Source: Novosphingobium sp. | GTDB taxonomy: Bacteria > Pseudomonadota > Alphaproteobacteria > Sphingomonadales > Sphingomonadaceae | Assembly: GCA_031360905.1 (NCBI GenBank) | Contig: JANMCD010000086.1 | Location: 1 to 32,363 of the forward strand | Direction of reading: 5' to 3' | DNA length: 32,363 nucleotides | Shown: in pieces, positions 19,255 through 28,306 of the stretch | How positions within the stretch are numbered: the stretch's first letter is position 1 | Layout: every line of letters starts with the position of its first letter | Translations under genes and position numbers: made by a program | The notes under the pieces: model-generated | The model's input: only the letters and a program-made list of their open reading frames with translations | Database searches by the model: none | Told to the model about the DNA's origin: nothing

Positions 19255-19631
19255 GCGATCCGATCGCGAAACCAGGCTGCCACCTCATCCTCGGCGAGTT
19301 CGCCGGCGGCGAGCGCGAGGATCAGGACGACCAGTTCCGGTTCTGTTATCGTCCAGTTGTGTCCATTAATGTCCAGAAATAACAGCGCTGCTACTGCAGC
19401 CGTGCGCTTGTTTCCGTCGACAAAAGGGTGGTTGCGGGCAATGCCGAATGCGCAGGCAGCCGCCAGATCTGCGGCATCCGGCTCGGCGTAAGCAACCAGA
19501 TTGACCGGACGCGCGAGCGCGCTTTGCAGCAATCCAAAGTCCCTTACTCCCGACGCACCACCATGTTCCGTCAATTGCTCATCGTGCAATGCGAGGACAA
19601 TGCCCTCACGCACCCAGTTCCACTCGGCCAT
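19251..19631 (-). CDS. Doc-family (Fic fold) toxin
   Basis: [16 protein letters not shown]...LQSALARP and [11 protein letters not shown] motifs; start placed at MAEWNWV (ATG 19631), immediately after the antitoxin stop. Confidence 0.9.
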   Translation of the reverse strand: MAEWNWVREGIVLALHDEQLTEHGGASGVRDFGLLQSALARPVNLVAYAEPDAADLAAACAFGIARNHPFVDGNKRTAAVAALLFLDINGHNWTITEPELVVLILALAAGELAEDEVAAWFRDRIA

Positions 19632-19632
19632 G

Positions 19633-19878
19633 TCACTTGGCCAGTTCGCCAAGTGCGTTGCGGTATCGCTTCATGATTGATCGGGCGCGGACCATCTGTT
19701 CGTCGAAGTCTGGGTCCCGGACAGCAAGGCTGATACCGTCGGGCGTCTGGCTATAGGAAATCACGTCGCCTACTTCGAGATTGAGGCGCTCCAGTTCTTC
19801 CTTCGGCAAAATCATTCCTGCCGAATTGCCGATCCTTACAATTTTGAGCTGCTTCAAGAGAGCTTGGGGCATATTCAT
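19633..19878 (-). CDS. AbrB/MazE/SpoVT-family antitoxin
   Basis: KIVRIGNSAGMILPKE swapped-hairpin motif and C-terminal DPDFDEQM...YRNALGELAK; directly upstream of the Doc toxin. Start is ATG 19878 or 19872. Confidence 0.9.
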   Translation of the reverse strand: MNMPQALLKQLKIVRIGNSAGMILPKEELERLNLEVGDVISYSQTPDGISLAVRDPDFDEQMVRARSIMKRYRNALGELAK

Positions 19879-19881
19879 ACA

Positions 19882-19914
19882 AGTGTTATAACACTGAGAG
19901 TTGAGCTTTCGCAA
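19882..19914 (-). promoter_or_regulatory. TA promoter with a palindromic operator over the -10 box
   Basis: Minus strand TTGCGA-N18-TATAAC; perfect 14-bp palindrome AGTGTTATAACACT at 19882-19895. Confidence 0.7.
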
Positions 19915-19993
19915 GTTTTACATCGATACCGACATAACTGATCTTCACAGGTGACACCTCGCCAGACGCCTGCCGAGGCTGTAACGCCCCAAA

Positions 19994-21316
19994 ATGGCAG
20001 ACGTTCACATCATCGGCGGCGGGCTCGCCGGGAGCGAGGCCGCATGGCAACTCGCCCGGCGCGGGGTCCGCGTGCGGCTGTCGGAGATGCGCGGAACCGG
20101 CGAGCGCAGCCCCGCCCACCAGACCGATGCGCTGGCGGAACTGGTGTGTTCCAACAGCTTCCGGTCGGACGATGACGAGAATAACGCGGTCGGCCTGCTC
20201 CATTACGAGATGCGGCAGTGCGGTTCGCTGGTGATGGCGGCGGCGGCAAAGGCGCAGGTTCCGGCGGGCTCGGCGCTGGCGGTGGACCGCGATGTGTTTT
20301 CCGCCGAAGTGGAAAGCGCCGTCGCATCGCTGCCAAATCTGCACTTGGTGCGCGAGCGGATCGACGTTTTGCCGGACGCCGGGCTGACCATCGTTGCCAC
20401 CGGACCCCTCACCGCAGCAACGCTAGCGTCCAGCATCGGCGCGGCGACGGGCGCGGACAGCCTCGCCTTTTTCGACGCCATCGCCCCCATCGTCTACCGC
20501 GACAGCATCGATATGGACGTCTGCTGGATGGCCTCGCGCTGGGATAAGGGGGAAACCAAGGACTATATCAACTGCCCGATGGACCGCGAGCAATACCTCG
20601 CCTTCCACGCGGGTCTGATCGCCGGCGCGAAGACAGTGTTCAAGCAATGGGAGGCCAATACCCCCTATTTCCAGGCCTGCATGCCGATCGAGGTGATGGC
20701 CGAACGCGGGGTCGATACGCTGCGCTTCGGGCCGATGAAACCGGTTGGTCTCGATAACCCCAAGACCGGGCGCTGGCCCTATGCGGTGGTGCAGTTGCGC
20801 CAGGATAACAAGCTCGGCACGCTGTGGAACATCGTCGGCTTCCAGACCAAGCTGAAACATGCCGACCAGGTCCGCTTGTTCCGCACCATTCCGGGGCTGG
20901 AGCGGGCCGAGTTCGCCCGGCTCGGCGGGCTGCACCGCAACACCTTTCTCAATTCGCCGGCTCTGCTCGATCGGCAGCTGCGGCTGAAGTCCGCGCCGCA
21001 TATCCGGTTCGCAGGTCAGATCACGGGCTGCGAGGGCTATGTCGAAAGCGCGGCGGTTGGTCTGATGGCCGGGCTGATGGCCGGACGCGAGCTGGCCAGC
21101 AGTGACTGGACCCCTCCCCCGCCGACCACCGCGCTCGGCGCGTTGCTGGCGCATATCACCGGCGATGCCGAGGCGGATGGCTATCAGCCAATGAACGTCA
21201 ACTTCGGCCTGTTCCCGCCAGTCGATGCAGCGGTCAAAAAGAAGCAGCGCAAACTGGCTTTTACTGGCCGGGCCAAGGATGCGTTAAGCGGCTGGCTCCC
21301 CCTCGTCGCCGGCTGA
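19994..21316 (+). CDS. trmFO: Folate/FAD-dependent tRNA (uracil-5-)-methyltransferase TrmFO (Gid)
   Basis: [50 protein letters not shown] and QPMNVNFG motifs. Confidence 0.97.
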   Translation: MADVHIIGGGLAGSEAAWQLARRGVRVRLSEMRGTGERSPAHQTDALAELVCSNSFRSDDDENNAVGLLHYEMRQCGSLVMAAAAKAQVPAGSALAVDRDVFSAEVESAVASLPNLHLVRERIDVLPDAGLTIVATGPLTAATLASSIGAATGADSLAFFDAIAPIVYRDSIDMDVCWMASRWDKGETKDYINCPMDREQYLAFHAGLIAGAKTVFKQWEANTPYFQACMPIEVMAERGVDTLRFGPMKPVGLDNPKTGRWPYAVVQLRQDNKLGTLWNIVGFQTKLKHADQVRLFRTIPGLERAEFARLGGLHRNTFLNSPALLDRQLRLKSAPHIRFAGQITGCEGYVESAAVGLMAGLMAGRELASSDWTPPPPTTALGALLAHITGDAEADGYQPMNVNFGLFPPVDAAVKKKQRKLAFTGRAKDALSGWLPLVAG

Positions 21317-21838
21317 CTCGTCCTCGATCGGTGGTGGTTCCGGCTCCGGCGCGCGCGCGCGGCGCGGCGGTTTGGAGCGCGGCTCGCAGCGGCATTCGGG
21401 CGGTTTTGCCACCTTTGGCCTGGTCGTCGCGAATTCGTCGCGCATCAGCACCGCGTCGCCATTGGCGTCGGCCCCCCTGAAGCGGTTGGAGGTGCGCACC
21501 GACCATTCCTGGAAGGTCAGCAGATTGTTATGATCGGCATCGAGCTTGCGGAACGCATCGGCGCGCGGGGCGAGCATTTCATTGGCGGTGATGCGGGCAT
21601 CGCGGTCGCGGTCGAGCCGGTCGAAGCGGCGTTGCTCCCGGCTTACCGCGCTGACTTCGGGCGGTGCAGGTCCGCGCAGGCTAGCCGGGTCGGCAAGCGG
21701 GATAGCGTCTGACGGGGCAGCAGCGGCTAATACTGGCGGCGGCAGTCCCTGCTCACTCTCGGCCCGGCCCTGCCACCAGAACAGGCCGGCGGAGACAAAC
21801 AGCAAGGCGGCGACCGCGCCCAGCACAATGCGATTCAT
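21284..21838 (-). CDS. Membrane-anchored or exported EF-hand protein
   Basis: N-terminal hydrophobic helix; EF-hand-like loops [24 protein letters not shown] and [12 protein letters not shown]. Confidence 0.8.
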   Translation of the reverse strand: MNRIVLGAVAALLFVSAGLFWWQGRAESEQGLPPPVLAAAAPSDAIPLADPASLRGPAPPEVSAVSREQRRFDRLDRDRDARITANEMLAPRADAFRKLDADHNNLLTFQEWSVRTSNRFRGADANGDAVLMRDEFATTRPKVAKPPECRCEPRSKPPRRARAPEPEPPPIEDESAGDEGEPAA

Positions 21839-21879
21839 GACCCTGCACTCCGCGTTCCCGCAGCCCCTCTACCAGCGCC

Positions 21880-22533
21880 TTAGCGGCCCAACAATCCGAT
21901 ACGCACCGCCGTCAGCATTGCGGCGGGGGAAAGGTGCGGGGCTTGGACATCGTTCATGATGCGGCGCGCCGCCAGCCCGTGCAGCATCGCGAGCGGGCGC
22001 AGTCTGCGGGGCAGCCGGGCCCAGCGCCAGTCCTGCGCGCGTGCCAGCTCCAGAGCAGCCGCACGTTCCTGCGGATTACTGAGACCGCTTGCGATATCGG
22101 CCAGCGCCCAGTTGCGCCCCATGCGCAAGGCTGCGGCGCTGGCTTCTGGCGTATCAACGAGCGCTGCGAACGCTGCCCCCCTTGCCTCGGCCAGCGACAG
22201 AAAAGCGGATGCCGGCAAGGGCGCATCGCCGATCATGGCCTCCCAGCCATCGACAAGCCCGGACAGAACACTGTGCGCAGCCGGCCAGGCCTCCAAGGCA
22301 AGGAGGAGCGGATCGCCGGTTGACGCAGGACCAGAGCCGGCGGCGAGTTGTTCCCGCCACCAGGCGAAGCGCATCTGCGCCAGCATCGGTTCGCGGGAGC
22401 CGCGCAATATACCGGCAAGCCGGGTGTCGAGCGCCAGAAGCGCAAGCAGCGGTTGGCGCGTCGAGGCCGGCGCATAGGATAAGGCCAGCCGTTGGAGCGG
22501 TGGCAGCGATTCGATCAAATCAGTCGGCGGCAT
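21880..22533 (-). CDS. Squalene/phytoene synthase-fold protein (short, NDUFAF6-like)
   Basis: LALSYAP...LLALDTRL...EPMLAQMRFAWWRE N-terminal pattern; no DDxxD motif visible. Confidence 0.7.
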   Translation of the reverse strand: MPPTDLIESLPPLQRLALSYAPASTRQPLLALLALDTRLAGILRGSREPMLAQMRFAWWREQLAAGSGPASTGDPLLLALEAWPAAHSVLSGLVDGWEAMIGDAPLPASAFLSLAEARGAAFAALVDTPEASAAALRMGRNWALADIASGLSNPQERAAALELARAQDWRWARLPRRLRPLAMLHGLAARRIMNDVQAPHLSPAAMLTAVRIGLLGR

Positions 22534-22683
22534 CTAATGCTTGCCGGACATGCGATGAGCCTGATCCTGGCTGTGCCGACAAGGCCCGGCTGCCCTCATC
22601 GCCATTACCTCTTATTAAGCCTGTTTGTTGAAAGCCCGGAAACCCGGCTCGGGTGATAGCGTGAATTGAACGGGGCTCTATTC

Positions 22684-24333
22684 ATGAAACATCACATGTT
22701 CAACCGAATCCGCCGCTCGCTTGCCGGCTTGCGCCAAAGCACGAGCGGCAACACGGCAATCCTGATGGCTGCCGGGATGCCGGCGCTGATTGGCAGCGCG
22801 GGCCTCGCGGTGGATACCGCGCAGTGGTACATGTGGAAGCGCGAGATGCAAAATGCGGTCGATCAGGCTGCGATTGCCGGTGCCTGGTCGAAGGTCAAAG
22901 GCAGCGCCGGCACCGAATACCGGACGCGCGCCCAGCAGGAATTGACGGCCAATCTGCAGATCGTCGATTTTCAGGGAACGCCATCGATCTCGCTGGCCGA
23001 TTATGAGCAGCCTGCAGCGAGAGACGACAACAGCGTCGTCGTGACCTTGGCAGGTTCAAAGACCCTGCCGTTCACCTCGATCATCACCAACGCCGGCGTC
23101 ACGGTTTCTGTCCGTGCGCAGGCCCGGTTCCAGCAGGGGCGGACATTCACCGCCTGCCTGATCGCGGTCGATCCCACTACCAAGGGCGCCATTACCATCG
23201 GCGGCAGCGCCTATGTCGTTGCCAGATGCGGTGCTGCCGCGCTGTCCTCTAACCCGGATGCGGTAGTCAAAAACGGCAGTACAGCCGTCTTCGATGTAGG
23301 CTGGATCGTCTCCGCCGGCGGAATCGACGACGCTTTCAACGGTGATCCGGGGATCCAGGTCTTCGAGAACCAGACCGGGCTGGTCGATCCGTTCGGAGCT
23401 TTGGTCCCGCCCGATAATCCAACCCCCCGAACTTACACCTGCTCACCGGCTACCTCTGTCTATTCCGCGACTTATACCGAGACGACGACGGGTACCGACA
23501 AAAAGTATGAAGGATCGACCTCGTCCAATCTGGCACTAGTCAGCTCGACTGTAGCCAGCACTGGTTCGGTGCCTGGCAAAATCATGTCGCCGGTGGACAG
23601 CAAAACGAAGGTAGGCGATACCATCGTCAGCAGTTCCGGGACCGCACCCGGCCCCACGACTACGTTCCAAAAGACAACAACGACAGGAAGCGGCAAGAAT
23701 GCGGTAACCACAACCGCAACCTGGTACCGCCGAATAGACAGAGTTACGGGCGTGAATGGCGTCGTCACCGCCGTCAACACGACAACCACGCCGGGCGGCG
23801 CCAACCTTCAACCTGGGACCTACTCTGACTTCAGAGTCGGATGTAACACGGTCATGGGTCCAGGCGTCTACGTCATCGATGGCGGCCTGTTCGAGACCCA
23901 TAGCTCCTACAGCATCCGCGGCGACGGCGTGATGATTGTGTTGAAAAACGGGGCCGGTCTCAGAATCAATGGCAACTCCAGCACCTATCTCAGGTCAATG
24001 AGCTTTGACGAAATGAGAGCGGCCGGGATAAGCGCAGCAGAGGCGCTCAAGCTCAAGGACATGCTGATCTTCGAAGATCGCAATTCAGCGGGCGACGATA
24101 ACAACAAGATAAACGGCACATCCGGCACCACCTTGGGCGGCACCGTCTATCTGCCGAAGAGTACGCTGACGTTTAACGGGAACGCGGATATCGCTCCCTT
24201 GCACTGCCTGGTGATAGCAACCAAGCGGATCGTCATCGAAGGCAATACCCATATGACTTCGTTCTGCGACGGAGCCCTCGAAAACACAGTCAATGTTGGC
24301 GGCGGCGCTACAACCGTAAGGCTGGTGTCATGA
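22684..24333 (+). CDS. TadG-like Flp pilus minor pilin / putative adhesin
   Basis: Pilin-like N terminus STSG-NTAILMAAGMPALIGSAGLAVDTAQWY...MQNAVDQAAIAGA; Gly/Thr/Asn-rich beta-type C-terminal region (PGVYVIDGG, GTVYLP). Start is 22666, 22684 or 22696. Confidence 0.82.
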   Translation: MKHHMFNRIRRSLAGLRQSTSGNTAILMAAGMPALIGSAGLAVDTAQWYMWKREMQNAVDQAAIAGAWSKVKGSAGTEYRTRAQQELTANLQIVDFQGTPSISLADYEQPAARDDNSVVVTLAGSKTLPFTSIITNAGVTVSVRAQARFQQGRTFTACLIAVDPTTKGAITIGGSAYVVARCGAAALSSNPDAVVKNGSTAVFDVGWIVSAGGIDDAFNGDPGIQVFENQTGLVDPFGALVPPDNPTPRTYTCSPATSVYSATYTETTTGTDKKYEGSTSSNLALVSSTVASTGSVPGKIMSPVDSKTKVGDTIVSSSGTAPGPTTTFQKTTTTGSGKNAVTTTATWYRRIDRVTGVNGVVTAVNTTTTPGGANLQPGTYSDFRVGCNTVMGPGVYVIDGGLFETHSSYSIRGDGVMIVLKNGAGLRINGNSSTYLRSMSFDEMRAAGISAAEALKLKDMLIFEDRNSAGDDNNKINGTSGTTLGGTVYLPKSTLTFNGNADIAPLHCLVIATKRIVIEGNTHMTSFCDGALENTVNVGGGATTVRLVS

Positions 24334-24782
24334 AACGGCTGTTTTCTCGTCTGCTGCGTGACAAGCGCGGAACCTCGCTCATCGAAACGGCCCTTGTCAC
24401 GCCAATCATGCTCGTGTTGAGCCTGGGCAGCTTTCAGGTCAGCGAGGTCGTGGCGCGTCAGCACGAGCTGGATACCGGCGCCGATCAGGCGACCGCCCTG
24501 GTCCAGGCCGGATGGACAAATCCGACCCAGCAGGCCGCCGCGCTCAAGGCGATGCTGCAGGCCTCGCTAGGGCTGTCAGCATCGCAGATCGTGATCGCAT
24601 CGAAGTATCGTTGCGGGACCACAGCGACCTATGTGGATACTGCCGGCAGTTGCGCTGTTGGGACTATCGAGGCGACCATCTTGCAGATCCGACTGACTGA
24701 CCGGTACACCCCGACGTGGACTGATTTCGGGGTCGGCTCGCCGATCGACTTGTCCGTTCAACGCATGGTGCAAGTGTCATGA
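24330..24782 (+). CDS. TadE/TadF-like minor pilin
   Basis: DKRG-TSLIETALVTP prepilin motif (Gly at -1, Glu at +5); ATGA overlap with the upstream gene. Confidence 0.88.
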   Translation: MKRLFSRLLRDKRGTSLIETALVTPIMLVLSLGSFQVSEVVARQHELDTGADQATALVQAGWTNPTQQAAALKAMLQASLGLSASQIVIASKYRCGTTATYVDTAGSCAVGTIEATILQIRLTDRYTPTWTDFGVGSPIDLSVQRMVQVS

Positions 24783-25213
24783 CCCGCAGGTTGCGCCGGT
24801 TATGCGAGGATTGCTCCGGCACCTCGGCAATGGAGTTCGCTCTCGTCGCGCCGGCCTTCATCGTCATGATGCTGGGCGTCATGCAGGTCGGCCTGTGGAT
24901 GCACGGCTATAATGGTTTGCGCGCGGTGGCATCGGAGACCAGCCGTTATATCACGGTCGAGTACCAGAAGGGCAACCGCGTCAGTAATTACGACGCGGCG
25001 GTTTGGGCGCGAAATACGGCCCTCAATTCGTCCTATATCCTGGACGGCGGTACAGTGAGCACATTGGTTGTCGATGACGCCAACCAGAACATCGCCGGGA
25101 TCACGCGGAAGACGCTCACCGTCAATTACCAGATGAGTTCGTTCTTGGGAATGATCGGCATCGACGCCCTGGACCTCTCGTTCTCCCGGCCGATGTTCGT
25201 CAAGTCATCCTGA
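24779..25213 (+). CDS. TadE-like minor pilin
   Basis: DCSG-TSAMEFALVAP prepilin motif; ATGA overlap with the upstream gene. Confidence 0.88.
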   Translation: MTRRLRRLCEDCSGTSAMEFALVAPAFIVMMLGVMQVGLWMHGYNGLRAVASETSRYITVEYQKGNRVSNYDAAVWARNTALNSSYILDGGTVSTLVVDDANQNIAGITRKTLTVNYQMSSFLGMIGIDALDLSFSRPMFVKSS

Positions 25214-25246
25214 TCGGCTTCCTTCGCGGATTGTCGGCACCGCCGT

Positions 25247-26584
25247 CTACCGGTAACAAACCTCCTTTACCGCCGCGACAATCCGCGCCGCGTCGATCAC
25301 CGCCGCTTTCTCAAGATTGGCGGCATAGGGTAACGGCACATCCTCGTTGCAGACGCGCAGCACCGGGGCGTCGAGGTGGTCGAAACCATGCTCCATGCAC
25401 AGCGCCGAGACTTCCGAAGCGATCGAGCAAACCGGCCAACCTTCTTCGGCGACGACCAGCCGGTTGGTTCTGGCCAAACTCGCGAGGATAGCCTCGCGGT
25501 CGAGCGGACGCAGGGTTCGCAGGTCGATCACCTCGGCCTCGATGCCTTCGTCGGCCAGCTGCTGGGCGGCCTCCAGCGCCATTCCGACACCGACAGAATA
25601 GGAGACGATGGTGACATCGCGCCCCTCGCGAACCACCCGCGCCTTGCCGATCGGCACGATGTGGTCATCACCCTCCGGCGCGGTGAAGTTGCGGCCATAG
25701 ACCAGCTCGTTTTCAAGGAACACCACCGGATCCTCGCTGCGGATCGCGGCTTTGAGCAGCCCCTTGGCGTCAGCGGCATCATACGGCGCGATTACCACCA
25801 ACCCAGGCACGCTGGCGTACCACGGCGCATAGTTCTGGCTATGTTGCGCACCGACCCGGGAAGCCGCGCCATTCGGCCCGCGGAATACCACCGGGCAACG
25901 CATCTGCCCGCCAGACATGTAATTGGTTTTGGCCGCTGAATTGACGATATGGTCAATCGCCTGCATCGCGAAATTGAATGTCATGAACTCGACAATCGGC
26001 CGCAGTCCGCCCATCGCCGCGCCAGTTCCGATGCCGGCAAAGCCGTATTCGGTGATTGGTGTGTCGATTACCCGCCGCGCCCCGAATTCTTCGAGCAGGC
26101 CCTGCGTGACCTTGTAGGCACCTTGATATTCAGCGACTTCCTCGCCCATGATGAAGACGCGGTCGTCGCGGCGCATTTCCTCGGCCATTGCATCGCGCAG
26201 GGCTTCGCGCACGGAGATGGTCGGGGGAGCGTTCGGAACTTCAACTGACGCCGGGACCGCTGCGGGCGCGGCTGGCGCGGGCTTCGCGCTGGCAGTCTCA
26301 GAGGTCGCAATCCCAGCATTCGCCGGCATGGCGGAATCCTCCCCTTCCCCCGCCATCTGCGCGATCTCGGTTCCCACCGCCACACCTTCGGAACCCTCAG
26401 GCACCAACAGCTTGCCGATCGTGCCCTCGTCGACCGCCTCGAATTCCATCGTTGCCTTGTCGGTCTCTATCTCGGCGAGGATGTCGCCGGCCTTGACCGT
26501 ATCGCCTTCCTTGACCAGCCAGCGCGCGAGTTTGCCTTCCTTCATCGTCGGCGAGAGCGCCGGCATGTGAATCCCGGCCATCAA
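25247..26584 (-). CDS. pdhB: Pyruvate dehydrogenase E1 beta subunit with an N-terminal lipoyl domain
   Basis: Lipoyl domain MPALSPTM...[10 protein letters not shown], Ala/Pro linker, then [20 protein letters not shown] and FRGPNG...AQHSQ. Confidence 0.96.
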   Translation of the reverse strand: MMAGIHMPALSPTMKEGKLARWLVKEGDTVKAGDILAEIETDKATMEFEAVDEGTIGKLLVPEGSEGVAVGTEIAQMAGEGEDSAMPANAGIATSETASAKPAPAAPAAVPASVEVPNAPPTISVREALRDAMAEEMRRDDRVFIMGEEVAEYQGAYKVTQGLLEEFGARRVIDTPITEYGFAGIGTGAAMGGLRPIVEFMTFNFAMQAIDHIVNSAAKTNYMSGGQMRCPVVFRGPNGAASRVGAQHSQNYAPWYASVPGLVVIAPYDAADAKGLLKAAIRSEDPVVFLENELVYGRNFTAPEGDDHIVPIGKARVVREGRDVTIVSYSVGVGMALEAAQQLADEGIEAEVIDLRTLRPLDREAILASLARTNRLVVAEEGWPVCSIASEVSALCMEHGFDHLDAPVLRVCNEDVPLPYAANLEKAAVIDAARIVAAVKEVCYR

Positions 26585-27660
26585 TAGCGCTCCACCAGCA
26601 CATCGGTATAAAGTTCGGACGCCTCGGGCTCGGGCGAATTCTCGGCGAAGTCGGCCGCGGCGACGATTGCCGCGCGAACTTCCTTTTCAAGCGCTGAAAG
26701 CCGATCTTCTGCGATCCCCCGGGCAAGAAGCTCCACCCGCGCTGCATCGATCGGGTCATGCTGGTCGCGCATTTCCTGCACTTCGGCGCGGCTGCGGTAT
26801 TTGGCAGGATCTGACATCGAATGGCCGCGATAGCGATAGGTGTTGAGCTCCATCAGCACCGGTCCGCCGCCTTTGCGCACGAAATCCAGCGCGACTTCGG
26901 CGGCCCGGCGGACCTCGAGCACATCCATCCCGTTGACGTCCATGCCCGGAATGCGAAACGCCGTACCGCGCCGGTAGAACTCGGTTTCGGCTGAGGAGCG
27001 TTTCACTGCGGTGCCCATGGCATAGCCGTTGTTTTCGATGACGAAGATGATCGGCAGCTTCCACAGCGCCGCCATGTTGAAGCTTTCGTAAACCTGCCCC
27101 TGGTTGGCCGCGCCGTCGCCGAAATAGGCGAGGCAGACGCCGCCGTCCTCGCGGTATTTATGGGCGAAGGCGAGGCCAGTCCCTAGCGGCACCTGCGCGC
27201 CGACGATACCGTGGCCGCCGTAGAAGCGATGCTTGACGCTGAACATGTGCATGGAGCCGCCCTTGCCCTTGGAAATGCCCGCCTGGCGGCCGGTCAGCTC
27301 GGCCATGATCACCTTCGGGTCGATTCCATAGGCGAGCATGTGGCCGTGATCGCGGTAGCCGGTGATGACGCTGTCACGCTCCTGATCGAGCGCCGACTGC
27401 AGCCCCACCGCAACCGCCTCCTGGCCGATATAAAGATGGCAAAAACCGCCGATCAAGCCGAGCCCGTATAACTGGCCGGCGCGTTCCTCGAAGCGGCGGA
27501 TGGTCAGCATCTGCTCGTAGAACTTGAGCAATTCCCCATCGCTGGCGGCGTAGCGGCGATTGGCCGCGTGCGCCTCCTGCAAGCTGTGCAGGGCGTAGGC
27601 GTCATCGTCGGGCGAGGGCTGCTTTGCGGCAGCGGCGGATTTGCTTGCAGATTTGGCCAA
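26581..27660 (-). CDS. pdhA: Pyruvate dehydrogenase E1 alpha subunit
   Basis: [19 protein letters not shown], ThDP motif GDGAANQGQ...ENN and YRGHSMSDP. Start reassigned to TTG 27660 behind SD GAGGA. Confidence 0.96.
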   Translation of the reverse strand: MAKSASKSAAAAKQPSPDDDAYALHSLQEAHAANRRYAASDGELLKFYEQMLTIRRFEERAGQLYGLGLIGGFCHLYIGQEAVAVGLQSALDQERDSVITGYRDHGHMLAYGIDPKVIMAELTGRQAGISKGKGGSMHMFSVKHRFYGGHGIVGAQVPLGTGLAFAHKYREDGGVCLAYFGDGAANQGQVYESFNMAALWKLPIIFVIENNGYAMGTAVKRSSAETEFYRRGTAFRIPGMDVNGMDVLEVRRAAEVALDFVRKGGGPVLMELNTYRYRGHSMSDPAKYRSRAEVQEMRDQHDPIDAARVELLARGIAEDRLSALEKEVRAAIVAAADFAENSPEPEASELYTDVLVERY

Positions 27661-27764
27661 TGTTTCCTCTGAGGAAGGTTGCCTTAGGGGTATAACGGCT
27701 GGCTGGCTCCAGTTAAACTGTCCCGCCAAATATATGTGCCCGCTCCGGCGGCATCCGCATTCGC

Positions 27765-28085
27765 TCAGTTAAGCAGCATCACCATCTCGTCGGGATGGAC
27801 GACGTTGAGATCCTTGCGGACCAATTCACCGGCAAGATCGGCATCGGTATGGCGCGGATCGAGCAGGGCGACGCGGTTGAGCAACTCGTCGCGCTCAGCC
27901 GAGAGCAGCTTGAGTTCCTGCCGATGCTCCGCCAGCAGGTGCCGGTTCTCGCCCCACGCAAGCAATCCGCTCGGACCGACCAGCGCCAGCCCCGCGAGCA
28001 TCAGGAGGCAGAACAGCGCCGCACCCTCGGCCATTCTGTCCCTGGCGATTTTCGGTTCTGAGTGGAACTTTTTCACGATTTGCAA
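27765..28085 (-). CDS. ftsB: Septum formation initiator FtsB/DivIC family
   Basis: One TM helix followed by GPSGLLAW, a coiled coil and DLAGELVRKDLNVVHPDE; upstream of pdhA. Start uncertain (TTG 28085 or GTG 28076). Confidence 0.75.
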   Translation of the reverse strand: MQIVKKFHSEPKIARDRMAEGAALFCLLMLAGLALVGPSGLLAWGENRHLLAEHRQELKLLSAERDELLNRVALLDPRHTDADLAGELVRKDLNVVHPDEMVMLLN

Positions 28086-28306
28086 GAATCACAAACGATA
28101 CAAGGATTCAAGGGGCAATTAAAAAAATTGCTCGGATATTTCACAGGCAGCGATTTGGCGCCTAGCGTGTCGCAATGTGCTCGTGGTCCTTGGCCAAAGC
28201 ACTGTCGTATGCGAAACAAACACAAAAGGCCGCAACTTGACAAGGATGGCCGTTGATCGCTTGGTCTGAAGACAACAGATAACCGCTGAATTTCAGGATA
28301 TGCACA

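Noticed and set aside
22605-22632. Possible CtrA box upstream of the tad cassette
   Set aside because: Only TTAC-N6-TTAA or a lone TTAA half-site; does not match TTAA-N7-TTAA.
26340-26584. Lipoyl domain fused to PDH E1 beta
   Set aside because: Established feature of alphaproteobacterial PdhB (e.g. Zymomonas); not novel.
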